This document shows, piece by piece, positions 11,188 through 24,279 of a stretch of 64,000 nucleotides of DNA. The notes beneath the pieces are model-generated. The model had not been told where the DNA came from, ran no database searches, and was given only the letters and a program-made list of their open reading frames with translations. A program made the position numbers and the translations under genes. The DNA lies in the NCBI RefSeq assembly GCF_006345805.1, contig NC_042998.1, positions 97,712,001 through 97,776,000 on the forward strand, read 5' to 3'. The stretch comes from Octopus sinensis. Lineage: Eukaryota. The number at the start of each line of letters is the position of its first letter. Position 1 is the first letter of the stretch.

Positions 11188-13511
11188 TGTACTCCCCAAC
11201 ATAGATTAGTAGTTAGCGACTTCAGGATCAGAGCTAAATGGTCGCCCAGAAGAAGACCAGCTTGGAGGAGAAGGGTCTGGAAGCTTAAAGATCCTGCAAA
11301 TGCACAGAGATTTAGAGACATACTACTCGAAGCCTCTGACGAAATAGAAGGGGATATAGCTTCACTTAATGTGGAAGACAACTGGAGATTCCTACGGGAC
11401 AATCTGCTGACAGCCACTGACCAGATATGTGGATGGAGCAAAGTACCATCTCGACCCAGAGTAACATGGTGGTGGAACACGGTGGTTGACGGGGCTATTA
11501 GACAAAAGAGACAGGCTTGGAAGGACTGGAAGAACGGAGGTAGCAGGGAATTGTATCAGACAGCCAAAAGGGAAGCTAGGAGACAGGTTTATATAGCCAG
11601 AGGGGAAGCGGATAAGAAAAATTTGCCATGTTCTGAGCCGTGAGGATGAAAGACTTGAGGTATTTCGTGTTGCAAGACAGTGTGGAGAGAGAATCGTGAT
11701 GTGGTAGGAGAGAAGTGTGTTCGCATGGATGATGGTTCACTTGCGCTAAATGAGGATGCAAAGAGAGAGGTTTGGAGATGCCACTATGAAAGTTTGCTGA
11801 ATAAAGAAAATGAATGGGATAAAGAGAGTCTGCCAAATGTTGACCCAACAGAGGGACCAGCTATCCGAGTTGATAGTTCCGTAGTAGCTAAGGCAGTTAG
11901 GAGCATGAAGACAGGGAAAGCCCCAGGCCCATCAGGAATTACTGCAGAGATGCTCAAAATATCTGGCAGTGTCGGCTATAACCTAGTCGCCCGTATAGTC
12001 AACCAGGTGATACACGAAGGAGCCATACCCAATGACTGGTGTAGCAGCATACTAGTCAACTGCTACAAAGGTAAAGGTGATGCCCTGGATACAAATAATT
12101 ACAGAGGTATCAAGCTGTTGGATCAGGTAATGAAGGTTACGGAGAGGGTCTTAGCCCAACTAATTAGAGAGAGAGTTAGTTTAGATGAGATGCAGTTGGG
12201 TTTGTCCAGGGAAAAGCACCACTGATGCTATATTCCTGGTAAGGCAGCTGCAGGAGAAATACCTAGCCAAGGATAAGCCCCTGTACCTGGCTTTTGTTGA
12301 CATGGAGAAAGCCTTTGATAGGGTCCCCCGATCCCTCATCTGGTGGTCAATGAGGAAACTAGGGATAGATGAATGGCTGGTGAGGGCTGTGCAAGCCATG
12401 TACAGAGATGCCGTAAGTAAGGTTAGAGTTGGCAACATGTACACAGAAGAATTCAAAGTAGAGGTTGGGGTCCACCAGGGTTCAGTACTCTCAGCCCCCC
12501 CTATTTATCATAGTCCTCCAGGCAATAACGGAGGAATTCAAGACCGGTTGCCCCTGGGAGCTCCTCTATTCTGACGACCTCGCTCTAATCGCTGAGTCAC
12601 TATCAGAACTGGAGGAGAAGTTCCAGGTGGAAGGAGGTTTAGAATCGAGGGGCCTTAGAGTCAACCTAGCTAAAACCAAAGTACTAATAAGTGAAAGGTA
12701 GAAAACCCACAAATTCATCAGGAAGATGCCCTGTTCGATCTGTAGAAAAGGTGTAGGTAGAAACTCTATAAAAGTACCCAGTGTAAGCTATGGACACATA
12801 AGAGTGCAGCAATGTCAAAGGTAGGCTAACTGGGAAGATAGTTTTTGTATGTGGCAGGTGCTCTGGAGCACTGACCTCCGAAAATCTGCAGAAAACAACT
12901 TCTGTCACTTTCCTGGGGGAAAAACTAGAAGTAGTTGATAGTTTCCGCTATCTAGGTGACCAAGTCAGTAGTGGGGGTGGGTGCGCTGAAAGTGTAACTG
13001 CTAGAATAAGAATAGCCTGGGCAAAGTTTAGGGAGCTCTTACCTCTGCTGGTGACTAAAGGCCTCTCGCTCAGAGTAAAAGGCAGACTGTATGATGCATG
13101 TGTACGAACAGCTATGCTACATGGCAGTGAAACATGGGCCGTGACTGCTGAGGACATGCGTAAGCTCATGAGGAACGAAGCCAGTATGCTCCGATGGATG
13201 TGTAATGTCAGTGTACTTACTCGACAGAGCGTTAGTACCTTGAGAGAATGTTGTACCTAAGAAGCATCAGTTGTTGTGTGCAAGAGAGACGATTGCGCTG
13301 GTATGGTCATGTGGCGAGAATGGATGAAGAGAGGTGTGTGAGAAAGTGCCAATCCCTAGCAGTTGAGGGAACCCGTGGAAGAGGTAGACCCAGGAAAACC
13401 TGGGACGAGGTGGTGAAGCACGACCTTCGGACGTTAGGTCTCACCATGGAAATGACTAGAGACCGAGACCTATGGAAGTATGCTGTGCGTGAGAAGACCC
13501 GGCAAGACTAG
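11188..13511 (+). pseudogene. RTE LINE ORF (end of APE domain plus reverse transcriptase), frameshifted
   Basis: PQHRLVVSDF, KAPGPSG, NYRGIKLL, AFVDMEKAFDRVP, VHQGSVLS, ELLYSDDL, LRWYGHV across frames. Stop at 13509-13511. Confidence 0.95.
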
Positions 13512-13689
13512 TGAAGCCATAATCCATGGCCCCTACCTGGGACGTAGTCAGTCCACCTGTGCATACCTTCCTTCTTGTGACACTTGTGAAGACCTGTTGA
13601 GGCAACTGAGAATCGAATCGAATCGTATCAAATCAAATCGAACCAAATCAAAATAGATGAACATCAATGGAATTTGTATCCTTGTGGTA

Positions 13690-14090
13690 CCAGTGCCGGT
13701 GGCACATAAGAAAACCATCCGAACGTGACCGTAGCCAGTACCGCAATGACTGGCCTCCGTGCTGAGAGCACGTAACAAACACCATCCGAGCGTGGCCGTC
13801 CGCCAGCCTCGTCTAGCACCTGTGTCGGTGACACATAAGAAAACATCCGAGCGTGGCCGTCTGCCAGCCTCGTCTGGCACCTGTGTCGGTGGCACATAAA
13901 AACACCATCCGAGCGTGGCCGTCGCCAGCCTCGTCTGGCACCTGTGTCGGTGGCACATAAAAAAACACCATCCGAGCGTGGCCGTCTGCCAGCCTCGTCT
14001 GGCCCTGTGTCGGTGGCACATAAAAAACCATCCGAGCGTGGCCGTCTGCCAGCCTCGTCGGCACCTGGTCGGTGCACATAAAATCACCCA
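13690..14090 (+). repeat. About 6.5 tandem ~61-bp units in the RTE 3' UTR
   Basis: Unit 'ggtggcacataaaaacaccatccgagcgtggccgtctgccagcctcgtctggcacctgtgtc'. Confidence 0.95.
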
Positions 14091-14243
14091 CTACACTCTC
14101 GGAGTGGTTGGCGTTAGGAATGGCATCCAGCTGTAGAAACACTGCCACATCTGACTGGCCTGGTGCAGCCTTCGGGCTCCCAGACCCCAGTTGACCGTCC
14201 AACCCATGCTAGCATGGAAAGCGGACGTTAACGATATGATGAT
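14090..14243 (+). mobile_element. RTE 3' terminal tail
   Basis: 'cccactacactctcggagtggttggcgttagg...caacccatgctagcatggaaagcggacgttaacgatatgatgat'. Confidence 0.9.
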
Positions 14244-14261
14244 TAGATGATATATATATAT

Positions 14262-14310
<49 letters not shown>

Positions 14311-14934
14311 TAAGTGTATACATATGTATAATGTGTATAATGTCTATACACATGTGTATGTGTGTAAACAGACATTACTTATGTGTAACACACACACATA
14401 TATATGCCATCATGGAAGGCAGACATTAAATGATGATGTATATATTGATATATGCATACATATATACAGACAGACAGACGGATAGACAGTCAGACAGACA
14501 GATACACACACACACACACAACATTTCTAAATATGTGTATGTGCATATGTATACACCATTGACTATACACAATATGAGTGCATGTGTGTATGTATGCATG
14601 CATGAGCATTTATGCTTATATATTATGTGTGTATGTATGTATGTACGCACGTAAGTATGTATGTGTGTATGTATGTATGTATGTATGTATGTATGTATGT
14701 ATGTATGTATGTATGTATGTATGTATGTATACACACATATTACATCAGCAATGTACAAAGGATTTGATGAGAAATTGATTGACTTGAACCTATGAATTTC
14801 AGAACTTGCATGATCATTCAAAATGTCACTAGGACAAAATTTATTCAAGTATGAATGTGTGTGTGTGTGTGTGTGTGCGTGTGTGAAGGGGATATCATCA
14901 TCATCATCATCATCATTTAACATCCAGCTATCAA

Positions 14935-15750
14935 CTACTTCTAGTTTTTCTCCCTAGAATGTGACAGAAGCTGTTCTCTGCACATTTTCAGTGTTTATAA
15001 CACCTGAGCATTTGCCATTTACAAAAACTATCTTCCGAGTTAGCCTTCCTTTAATATTGCTGCATCTCTTATGTGTCCATAGTTTACACTGGGTACATCT
15101 TATGGAGTTTCTACCTATGCCTTTTCTACAGATTGAGCAGGGCCATCTACCTGAAGGGATTTGTGGTTTGTCTGCCTTCCTACTATTTAGGACTTTGGTT
15201 TTAGCTATGTTGACTCTAAGACCCTTCGATTCTAATCCTTGCTTCCACACCTGAAACTTTTCCTCTAGTTCTGATAGTGACTCAACAATTAGAGCAAGGT
15301 CATCAGCATAGAGGAGCTCTCAGGGGCATCCTGCCTTGAATTCATCTGTTGTTGTCTGGAGGACTATGATGAATAAGAGGGGGCTGAGAACTGACCTTTG
15401 GTAGACCCCTACCGGGAATTCTTCACTGTTCTTGTTGCCAACTCTCACCTTACTGACAGCATCCCTGTACATGGCTTGCACAGCTCTCACTAGCCATTCA
15501 TCTATCCCTAGTTTCCTCATTGACCACCAGATAAGGGATCAGGGGACCCTGTCAAAGGCTTTCTCCATGTCAACAAAAGCCAGGTACAGAGGTTTATCTT
15601 TAGCTAGGTATTTCTCCTGCAGCTGTCTTACCAGAAATATAGCATCATTGGTGCTTTTCCCTGGCACAAATCCAAACTGCATCTCATCTAGACTGACTCT
15701 TTCTCCCTAATCAGTTGAGTTATGACCCTCTCCATGACCTTCATTACAAA
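14935..15750 (-). mobile_element. RTE LINE RT internal fragment
   Basis: MRKLGIDEWLVRAVQAMYRD, ELLYADDL and GRWPCSICRKG on the minus strand. Confidence 0.92.
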
Positions 15751-15844
15751 CGTAAATGGAATTACTATTTAACCTTAAAATACATCGTAAGTATTCAAAA
15801 AACCTTCTTGGTTTAGTGGTATTGAACGTTTTTCTGGTATTCTT

Positions 15845-16040
15845 TTATTCTTTTACTTGTTTCAGTCATTTGATGGTGGCCATGCTGGAGCACCACCCTT
15901 TCGTCAAAGAAATTGACCCCTGGACTTATTACTTGTGAGCCTGGTGCTTATTCTATCAGTCTCTTCTGTTGAACAGCTAAATTACAGAGATGCGAATGCA
16001 CCTACATCAGTTGTCAGGCAATGGTGGTGGTGAGACAAAC
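15845..16040 (-). mobile_element. SINE family A 3' half
   Basis: 'tttacttgtttcagtcatt...ggccatgctggagcacc...ttattctatcagtctc'. Confidence 0.75.
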
Positions 16041-16504
16041 ACTAACAATAATGAAGAGGAGTTCTGTGAACATCCTCTTCATTATTGCAGGACACTGAAT
16101 CTGTGCTTAAGTACGTTTTAAGTGCCTCTGGTATAATATTAAGAACTTTTTCATTTATTGCAAGACAGTCAGAATTTTTAGGAGATAAAATTACTCATTT
16201 TTCCATTTCTTCTGGCATGCAGTTGAAAATTTCTGGGTACAAATTGAAATGCAAAAAAAAAAGCAAAATAATACATGGATTTATGAATGAAAGTTTGGTA
16301 ATTGCTTTTATTTCCACCACATGACACTTATTATTGCAAACATGTTTTAACTAACCTATACTATACACACGCACAAATACATTCATATATATATATGTCT
16401 CAAATTGTAGCTGTAATTCAAAGGGGCCAGCCTTGTCATATTCTGTGTGAGGCTGAATCTCCCCGAGAACTACGTTAATGATAGGCATGGCTGTGGAGTA
16501 CAAT

Positions 16505-16850
16505 GCTACACAAGATGGAGAACCAAGTCATGGCTGTTAGACAATTTTTGCAACCACATCACCCCTAACTTCTGGCCACCTAACTCCTCAGACTGCAACC
16601 TCCTTGATTATTATGTGTGGGACACAGTTGAGCGAGAGACCAATATAATTCTTTGTATCACCAAAGATGAACTGAAGGCAAGGATTATGGCAGTATTCAC
16701 CAACTTAAACAAGGAGACCATCCAGAAGTGCTGCAGGAGATTCCAAACTCATTTGGAAGCCATGGTTGAAGCCAATGGTGATTCTATTGAATAAATTTAC
16801 TCTTTAATATTTCAAGATATGTTTATGTAATCTTGGTAAATATATGTGTT
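16505..16850 (+). mobile_element. Tc1/mariner (maT, DD37D-like) transposase 3' fragment
   Basis: SWLLDNFCNHITPNFWPPNSSDCNLLDYYVWDTVERETN resembles the WPPNSPDxNPLDYxVW third-Asp motif. Confidence 0.85.
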
Positions 16851-17789
16851 AAAATGAGTTGTTAGTGTTATTTTCATTTTTACGAAATTTAGACAATTTA
16901 TTCACTGCACTATATACATGTATATTTACAAACACATACATGTATATATACACATACATATATATCATTATCATTGTAATCATCATTACCATCATCAACA
17001 TTGTCATCTTTTTACATCTGCTTTCCATACTGGAATATGTTGGATAGGTCATTTCTGCTCTTGTAAATAATTCTGGAGTCCACATCTCTTTCTAGAGTTT
17101 TATTTTCGACTTGCTTTCTATAAGTAGATGCTCATCCTTAAAACAACCACAGAATATACTAGGTACATGTTCTTTTCAAGACACCATCACTAAAGATATT
17201 ATGTCTTCAGTAAGACTATATTGTCCTCACAAACCTATAGTTTATCAAGCAAACTGACTGCATTTTATTTTGGCCCCTAAACTAGAGAGGTTCAGGATGA
17301 GAAAGTGATGGATTGGAAGAGATGGTTAGATAGTGATACCAAATGGATAGTAGAGAGTATAAGTAGAGTGTATGAGGTAGATGCAAGGTTAATGAGGTCT
17401 CTTAAGTATATACCTGAAAACGTTGAGAGAGCTAAGGTAATAAGGAGGAGAAGAGGGCTTAACTCATGTTAGCAAGGGGTAAATAAATGTATACCACTGA
17501 GGCATTGTTTTCCAGTTGGATGGTCTTAGAGTTGCTATTCCTCTCCTGCTTTTCAAGTAAGGGAATTTTATTCAACATATTTTCCAAAAGGGTAGAGTTG
17601 GTGGTTAATTTGTTGACAAGGAATGCCAACAGGCTTCACTGTTCAGCACATTTTCATGCCAAGAGCAGAATGTACACACACAGATATATATATGCGTATG
17701 GTGTGTGTGTGTGCATATACACAAGCATGTCTTTGTGGTTAAGCAGTTTACTTCCTACTCACATGGGAATAAGTTCTTATTGGAAATTA

Positions 17790-17905
17790 TTGCTTCTAAA
17801 ATCTGGTGCTTGGTTTCTATGGCTAGATGCCCTTCCTAACTCCAACCATTTTATAAAGTAGATTGGGTGCATTTTCCTGTGGTACCAACGCTAAAGTGGT
17901 TGGAT
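17790..17905 (-). mobile_element. RTE-type 3' tail fragment
   Basis: 'tttctatggctagatgcccttcctaactccaacca'. Confidence 0.65.
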
Positions 17906-18669
17906 AGGCCTCAGTGAGAAGGATGAAATGAACCTCATGACACTACATTTTCTGTTTGCATAGTGTACTAGGTGCATTTAGGCAGTAACTTCACTTATCA
18001 TTCTCCTATTGAGGGAGTGCAGAAGGTTCTGTCATCTAACACAAGAGATGGAGTGCCATGTATGCAGTAAATGTGAACAGTTGTCTGTAACCCAAGGAGT
18101 GGCAGAGGAGACAGAACAATGGCAGCAGAAAGTTTAGTAATGGGTAGTTGAGAGATGTTGGACAAGAGTATATGTGTAAAGAGTACTCAATAACTTAGTA
18201 TATGTGTAAAGAGTACTCAATAACTCAATAACTTAGTGCATGTAAATTTGCTTAGATGACCAAAGAAAGAATAAGAGAAAGTAAGTGAGTGAGTGAGAAG
18301 GTAAGAGCAAGACATAAGAAGAAGTAGAATGTGTCAGAGAATGGAAGGAGTAAGTGTATGATGAGAAAAGACAGGGTTATTTGGAGGTAGAGTCAGTAGA
18401 GGAGTAGTTGGTAATACATAAGTAAGAGTGGGTGATGAGATAAAGGTAAGAGTGGGTGATGAGATAAAGGTAAGAGTAGGTGTTAGGTGGCAATAGAGAT
18501 GGCCTAGAGGAAAGAGAGTGGTCGCTGGTAGTACATCAGATTGAAGCTAGCATGTACAGGGTAGGGTAATGAGAGTGATCCAATGCAGTATCTTACAAAA
18601 TAGAGAAAGAAATAACTCTAGGCAATTACATAGTTTGTACATCCCTTGCTATCATCACAAGGTCTAGTA

Positions 18670-18860
18670 CTTGTGGCAGTATGATGGCCTGCATGACTCA
18701 GTGACCCTACAATCTGTTAGTAGTGCACCAGCTCATGGTAGGGTCTCACATGCCGGACAGGTCAAAGGTTAGAAGTCAGACTAATATGGATCACCTCTAC
18801 CCAAGAGTAAGAATTGTTTTGTGTAAGGGTAACAACCCTATGTAGAAAAAAGCAAAGTTA
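18670..18860 (+). mobile_element. Possible degenerate RTE 5' UTR remnant
   Basis: 'ggtagggtctcacatgccggacaggtcaaaggttagaagtcagac...aagggtaacaacccta' resembles RTE 5' UTRs from memory only. Confidence 0.4.
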
Positions 18861-19651
18861 TAGATCCATCAATAACAATTCAATAGTCAACAAGACACGA
18901 GAAAGGAAGGTCTTCCCTCAGGAAAACATTATGGATAATCAAGACATGTATGAAACAGGAAGGAAAATACAGGGATCCAACTAGAGAGAAGTAGAATAGA
19001 TATCCTAGAGTTTTTCTTCTCTTAACAAGATTTTCTAGATATGGGATTCCATTCACCTTCAAGTACTTATCTTTTTAGTTCAACTACACTCAGCTTTGTG
19101 ACCTAGCTGATAATGTAAGATTTATCAGAGGATAATGCAATGAATGAAGCTAGAAGCAAACTGCTATAATATTTATAGAAGCCACTGGGAATATAGCAAA
19201 TATAGCAAAGTTCTATATTTAATATTTCTGTTTCATTTCCCCAGTATCTTGATTCATATCCTGCTGGATTCTACTTCAACTTTCATCACATTAAGATTAA
19301 TAAAATGACAGTAACTTTATAAAAAACAAGTGTGTCTAAATAACTAGTATTTGGAACTGAAACTAACACGACTCTGCTGGAAGGTAGGTCTAGAGAGGGC
19401 ATGGGCCAAAATTACATGCCTTCCCCTCCATTGGTCAGTTGAAGCTTAGATTGTGTCATGTCACTATTAGCTGGCACTGGCTGCTGGAGCTTACCAGTGA
19501 GTATTTAAAGGAAAATTTGGCAGTGTGGTCATTTGCCTGCTGATATTCGTTGATGCTGCATCAAAGAAACCAAAGAACAAAAGGCCAGAGAAAAAAAAAA
19601 GAAAAAGAAAAAAATGCACTTGACACTAGAGTTGAAGACACCTCCAAAACG

Positions 19652-19701
19652 CTAGAGGAGTAGAGGCCGAAACTAGGTGTGGTTCCTCCTGATGATGTCC
19701 T
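19652..19701 (+). ncRNA. Degenerate candidate non-circularly permuted hammerhead
   Basis: CUA-gaggag ... aggcc-GAAAC ... uuccuc-CUGAUGA-u-guccu. Stems I and II pair, stem III is broken. Confidence 0.35.
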
Positions 19702-20642
19702 TAGCCACTGGATCCTACAAGGGTAGCAAACCACAAAACATGGTTGGAATTCCTCCTGTAATGTTGAGTGCAACTGAACAAGGAATGAACTCCTGATGAA
19801 CTGAGTCTGGCAATTAATTTCCATTGTTGTTAGAAACCGATTTACTTCTCTTATGTTGCTTAGGGCTTATGACAACTATTAACAGAGAAGAATATGAGAG
19901 GTCTTAGTACAGCTGTTTTGGCCCACCTCTCTGGTGCTGCCAACTTATTTGACATCAACCGTTTAATGTTTTACCCATTTTAATCTCTCTCTCTCTTTCT
20001 TTCTCTCTCTCTCTCTGTTTTATGTGTTTGAGGGTAAGTGCTTATGTTAATCATGTTCAATTAATGAATTGCAATGTCCCTCTCTCTTTCTCTATCTGTC
20101 TGCCCATCTGTATGTGTATATTTCTCACATGCAAGTGTGTTTGTTTCTATACCAAGAAGTACTGCCACCAAAATAGGTTCAATTTCCACCCAGCTATGCC
20201 AAATTACCAGCATTCAAACAGTCATGCCCATCATCTCATTCTAAACAGAGAAAATTGGAAAATGTCTTCACATTTTGGTAGTAGTAGCACTGTACCTCCT
20301 AGTCATTCAAATTTTAATTCTGTTATATTTCTGTTATCTTATAAATGATGAATGCATAGAATAAAGTTTATGTTTTCAGTTTTCACCTGTTATATACAAA
20401 CTGCAACAATCTAGTGTTATATTCCTGTATAATATCTAATTCCTAACAAATTAAAAATACCTTGTGACGAGTGTTAACTGTCGATTTATTTAATAATTAT
20501 GATTTGTAATTACAGATCTAGTGTTACTTATGAAGTAAGTAGCAAGTTACCAGTCATTTATTCAGGTCAATTACTATGCAGTATGAAGTTTTTGCACTTA
20601 TTCTCAAAGCATCTAACTGCTGTTTTTATTATTAGAGCATCA

Positions 20643-21300
20643 GGAAGGCAGCGAGGTGGCAGAATCATTAGCATGCCAGGCAAAATGCTTAGTGGCATTT
20701 TATTCATCTTTATGTTCTGAGTTCAAATTCTGTTGAGGTTGACTTTGCCTTTCGTCCTTTCGGGGTTGATGAAATAAGTACCAGTTGAGCACTGGGGTTG
20801 ATGTAATCAACTTAACCCTTCCTCAAACTGGCTGACCTTGTGCCAAATTTTGAAACCAATATTAGAGCATTAGAAAGGTGGTGAGCTAGCAGAATCATTA
20901 CAATATCAGAGAAAATACCAAGTGGTATTTCTTTTAACTCTCCATGTTCTGAGTTCAGATCCTGCTGTGACCAAATTTGCCTTTTATTCTTTGAGAGCTT
21001 GAGTGATAAAAGCAAGTACCAGTCTAGTTCTGATATCAACTAATTCCTTTTCCTCAAAATTGCTGGCATTGTATCTAAATCAGAAACCATTATTAGAACA
21101 CTGAGAAATAATGCCTTGTGATATTTCTTATAACTCTTTATGTTCTGAGTTCAAGTCCTGCCAAAATCAACATTCCCTATAGGGTTGATAAAATAAAGTA
21201 TTAATCAAGTTATGAGGTCAATGCAATCAACTACCCTCAACCCCCACCCCTATTCTGCTACCAAATTTCAGACCTCATACCTATGTTAGAAACAATTATT
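20643..21300 (+). mobile_element. Three head-to-tail SINE family B copies
   Basis: Three successive 'atgttctgagttcaa/ag' cores, each ending in an 'agaaac(c/a)attatt' tail. Confidence 0.8.
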
Positions 21301-21574
21301 ATTAATATTAACTATTGAATATACATTGAACTTTCTGTGTTCATCTGCAGTCTCAGCAGACTCATGTTTGCTAATGATGAAGGAATTAGTAAACAGTTCT
21401 AAAAATGCTGACATTTGTTTTCAAGCTGAATGTCCTTCCCTGTTAGGTTTTCTCAGAATCATAGTAATAAATGTCAGTGAAACTAAAGGGAAAAATATAG
21501 CTTGATAGAAATATCAAGGACTAAAGCTCACAAGGAAGCCATTTATATTCTCACTGGAGCTTTCACTGCTCATC

Positions 21575-21765
21575 ATCATCATCATCATCACCATCAGTGT
21601 TTACAATCTACTTTCCATGTTAGCACTTTGACAGGAACCAAGGAGCTACAAGGCTGTGTCAAACTAAAATGTCATCTTTCGCATGGTTTTTATGGTTTTA
21701 TGCCCTTTCTTATGCCAACCACTTTACAAAGTGAATTGGATGCTTCTTACATGCCCCTGATAATC
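21575..21765 (-). mobile_element. RTE-type 3' tail fragment, old
   Basis: (CAT)n then 'ctactttccatgttagca...atgccctttcttatgccaaccacttta'. Confidence 0.6.
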
Positions 21766-22734
21766 GGGAGGTTGCCATAAAAATTTGCAAGACATAAAAG
21801 AACACAAAGGAAAGGCGAGAAACTCTTACCTCTAAGAGGAAGTATTTGGTAGAAGGTGGAGACAAGTGGATTTATGTCAGTTGTTGAAAGGCTAAAAGTA
21901 TAATAAAGTGGCAAGCATAGGTGTCTTGCTATAGAGAAGATACATGGATAAAGGAGATAAAAAGAAGGTAGTGATGGTACTCAGGCTGCTGGAGCTTACC
22001 AGTGAGTATTCAAGACCCCACAACTATGAAAATTTTCTATTCTATGAACAAAAATCCAAAATCTAAATCTTCCCTCTATATCAATGCATCAAAAATGCTT
22101 CAGTCTAATCTCAATTAAATAACGAAAATGTGTTTTTTCAGAAATATGAACTACACCTAAACACTCTATAACAACACACTAAAATGCGAACATTCAATTT
22201 ATTCACCAAAAATTACTTGAAGCAACAGAAATAAATCAAAAGTTGAAGTATCAGGCTTCCTCTGGGATTTGAAACCCTAACTTCAAATTACTGTACAATT
22301 ACACTTTGCACTTTCTCATTGCTATTTGTTGACTTAAACCTAGGCTTAACTAATTAGATTTTTTGTTGGTCAAAACTCAGACCCTCAAAAGAAATAGAGA
22401 TTCAGCTGACCCAAACAAACAACAGCTTAAGGAAATCAGCCAACCAGAACACTGGGTGACCTTCACACAAAAAACAAATCACCAAAACATTTCACAAACA
22501 AATGACATGCAGAAAATCAACCACCTAAAGCACTGGATCATTATTGGTTAAAAACAGGTTATCAAAACTGTTAATAAACAAAATAAGTCAACCAATAAAC
22601 CAGAATGTTGGCCAAACGTGACATATTCAGATAGTCAAAATACTTAAACCACAGGTGGACAAAAACAAGTGACTGAATTTTTTCTTGTACCTTAAATCTC
22701 ACCTAAGCTTTTTTTTAAATTTTACCATTGGAAA

Positions 22735-23000
22735 GTCATCATCATCATCATTGTTTAATGTCCACCTTCCATGGGTGGGGCAGTTTGACAAGAGCCAGCC
22801 AGTCTGCCTGCACCAGACTTCTGCAACTGTTTTGACAGGACTTTTACAGCTGGATGCCCTTCCTAACACCAACCACTCAGCTGAGTGAACTTAGAGATTT
22901 TTATGTGGCACAAGCACAGGCAAGGTCAGTTTTAGCAAGGTTTTTACAGCTGGATGCCCTTCCAAGTGCCAACCACTTTATAGTGTGGACTTGATGCTTC
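22735..23000 (-). mobile_element. RTE-type 3' tail with partial duplication
   Basis: Two 'tttacagctggatgcccttcc' motifs. Confidence 0.7.
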
Positions 23001-23104
23001 TAAGTTGCATTTGTAAGACAAAAAAAAATCTATTTTGAGAGGGGAGGTATTTTAGGCCACAAACTCAATCTTTCAGCTGATTATCTATAATTATCTTTTC
23101 AGGT

Positions 23105-23300
23105 CATTAGGCTACAATGTTCATTTTCTTGCTGGTTCAAGGCCAACTATTTTGAGTGAGGGTAACAAGTTGACTACATCAACCCCAGCACTTGACTGGT
23201 AGTCAAAAGGGATAAAAGGAAATGTTGACCTTGGTTGGATTTGAACTCAGAATGTAAAGAGCTGGAAAAAAATGTCAGTGTGTTAACAATTCTGCTCGCT
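23105..23300 (-). mobile_element. SINE family B
   Basis: 'gttgaccttggttggatttgaactcagaatgtaaagagc'. Confidence 0.7.
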
Positions 23301-23761
23301 TGCCTTGTTTATAGTGGTATAGGTTGACTTTAATAGTAAACTAAGTGAACAGTAACAGTTTGTCCCAATTATTAACACGCATCATCATTGATAAAAAAAA
23401 ATTAAGAGATAATTTACTTGTAAATTACAATAAATAAATTAAATTATATTACTTTGTCAGTGTGTAGCTGATATAATCTCTTGATATTATGGTGGCAAGG
23501 TGCAATGAAGACACATAAAAAAGAACTTTAGAGACAAGAGATAATTTAGCAGCAATTCTCCCCAAATTACAAACATGAATTAAATATTAGAAATCTAATG
23601 CATTTGTATCAATATTCATTACTCATGGGTAAACATAGAAATAAATGGAGTGACATGATTGCATCTAAGGGTGGCTTTTTAAAGCAAGTTTTAGTTTAAT
23701 ATGAAATTTAGGATAAGAATAATATTGCATTCAATTTGTTTCACCACAGAATAGGAACATT

Positions 23762-23888
23762 AAGCATGGCTGTGTGTTAGGAAGTTTGCTTCTCAACCAC
23801 ATGATTCCAGGTTCAGTCCACTATAACCTTCAACCAACCTAAGCCTTGCGAGTGGATTTGGTAGACAGAAAAACTGTAAGAAGCCCAT

Positions 23889-23922
<34 letters not shown>

Positions 23923-24130
23923 TGTGTTTGTCCCCCACCACCACTTGACAACCAGTGTTGGTGTGTTTACGTCCCTGTAACATAGCAGTCCGATAAAAAG
24001 ACACCAATAGAGTAAGTACCAGGCTTCAAAAAAAATTTAAAAACCACTGGGGTCAATTCATTTGACTAAAAATTCTTTCAGATGGTACCCCAGAATGGCT
24101 GTAGTCTAATGACTAAAACAAATACAAGAA
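23762..24130 (+). mobile_element. SINE family A, full length
   Basis: Head 'gcatggctgtgtgttaggaagtttgcttctcaaccacatg', (TG)n, body and tail 'gtctaatgactaaaacaaa'. Confidence 0.85.
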
Positions 24131-24279
24131 AAGATTTCATAGCTGTAATGAAAAGAAGATGCTTATTAAATTGTTCAAACCCAGAAAAAATCTAAAAAAA
24201 TAAAAATTTTGTATCAACTAAAAAATGGAAATATATCAAATAAATCCAAATCACCTAAGATCATTTGATCTATATATAA

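Noticed and set aside
13690-14090. CRISPR-like array
   Set aside because: Whole units repeat with no unique spacers, there are no cas genes, and it lies in a eukaryotic LINE 3' UTR
18165-18480. Short tandem duplications (about 31 and 24 bp) in purine-rich DNA
   Set aside because: Ordinary local slippage with no structure or coding signal
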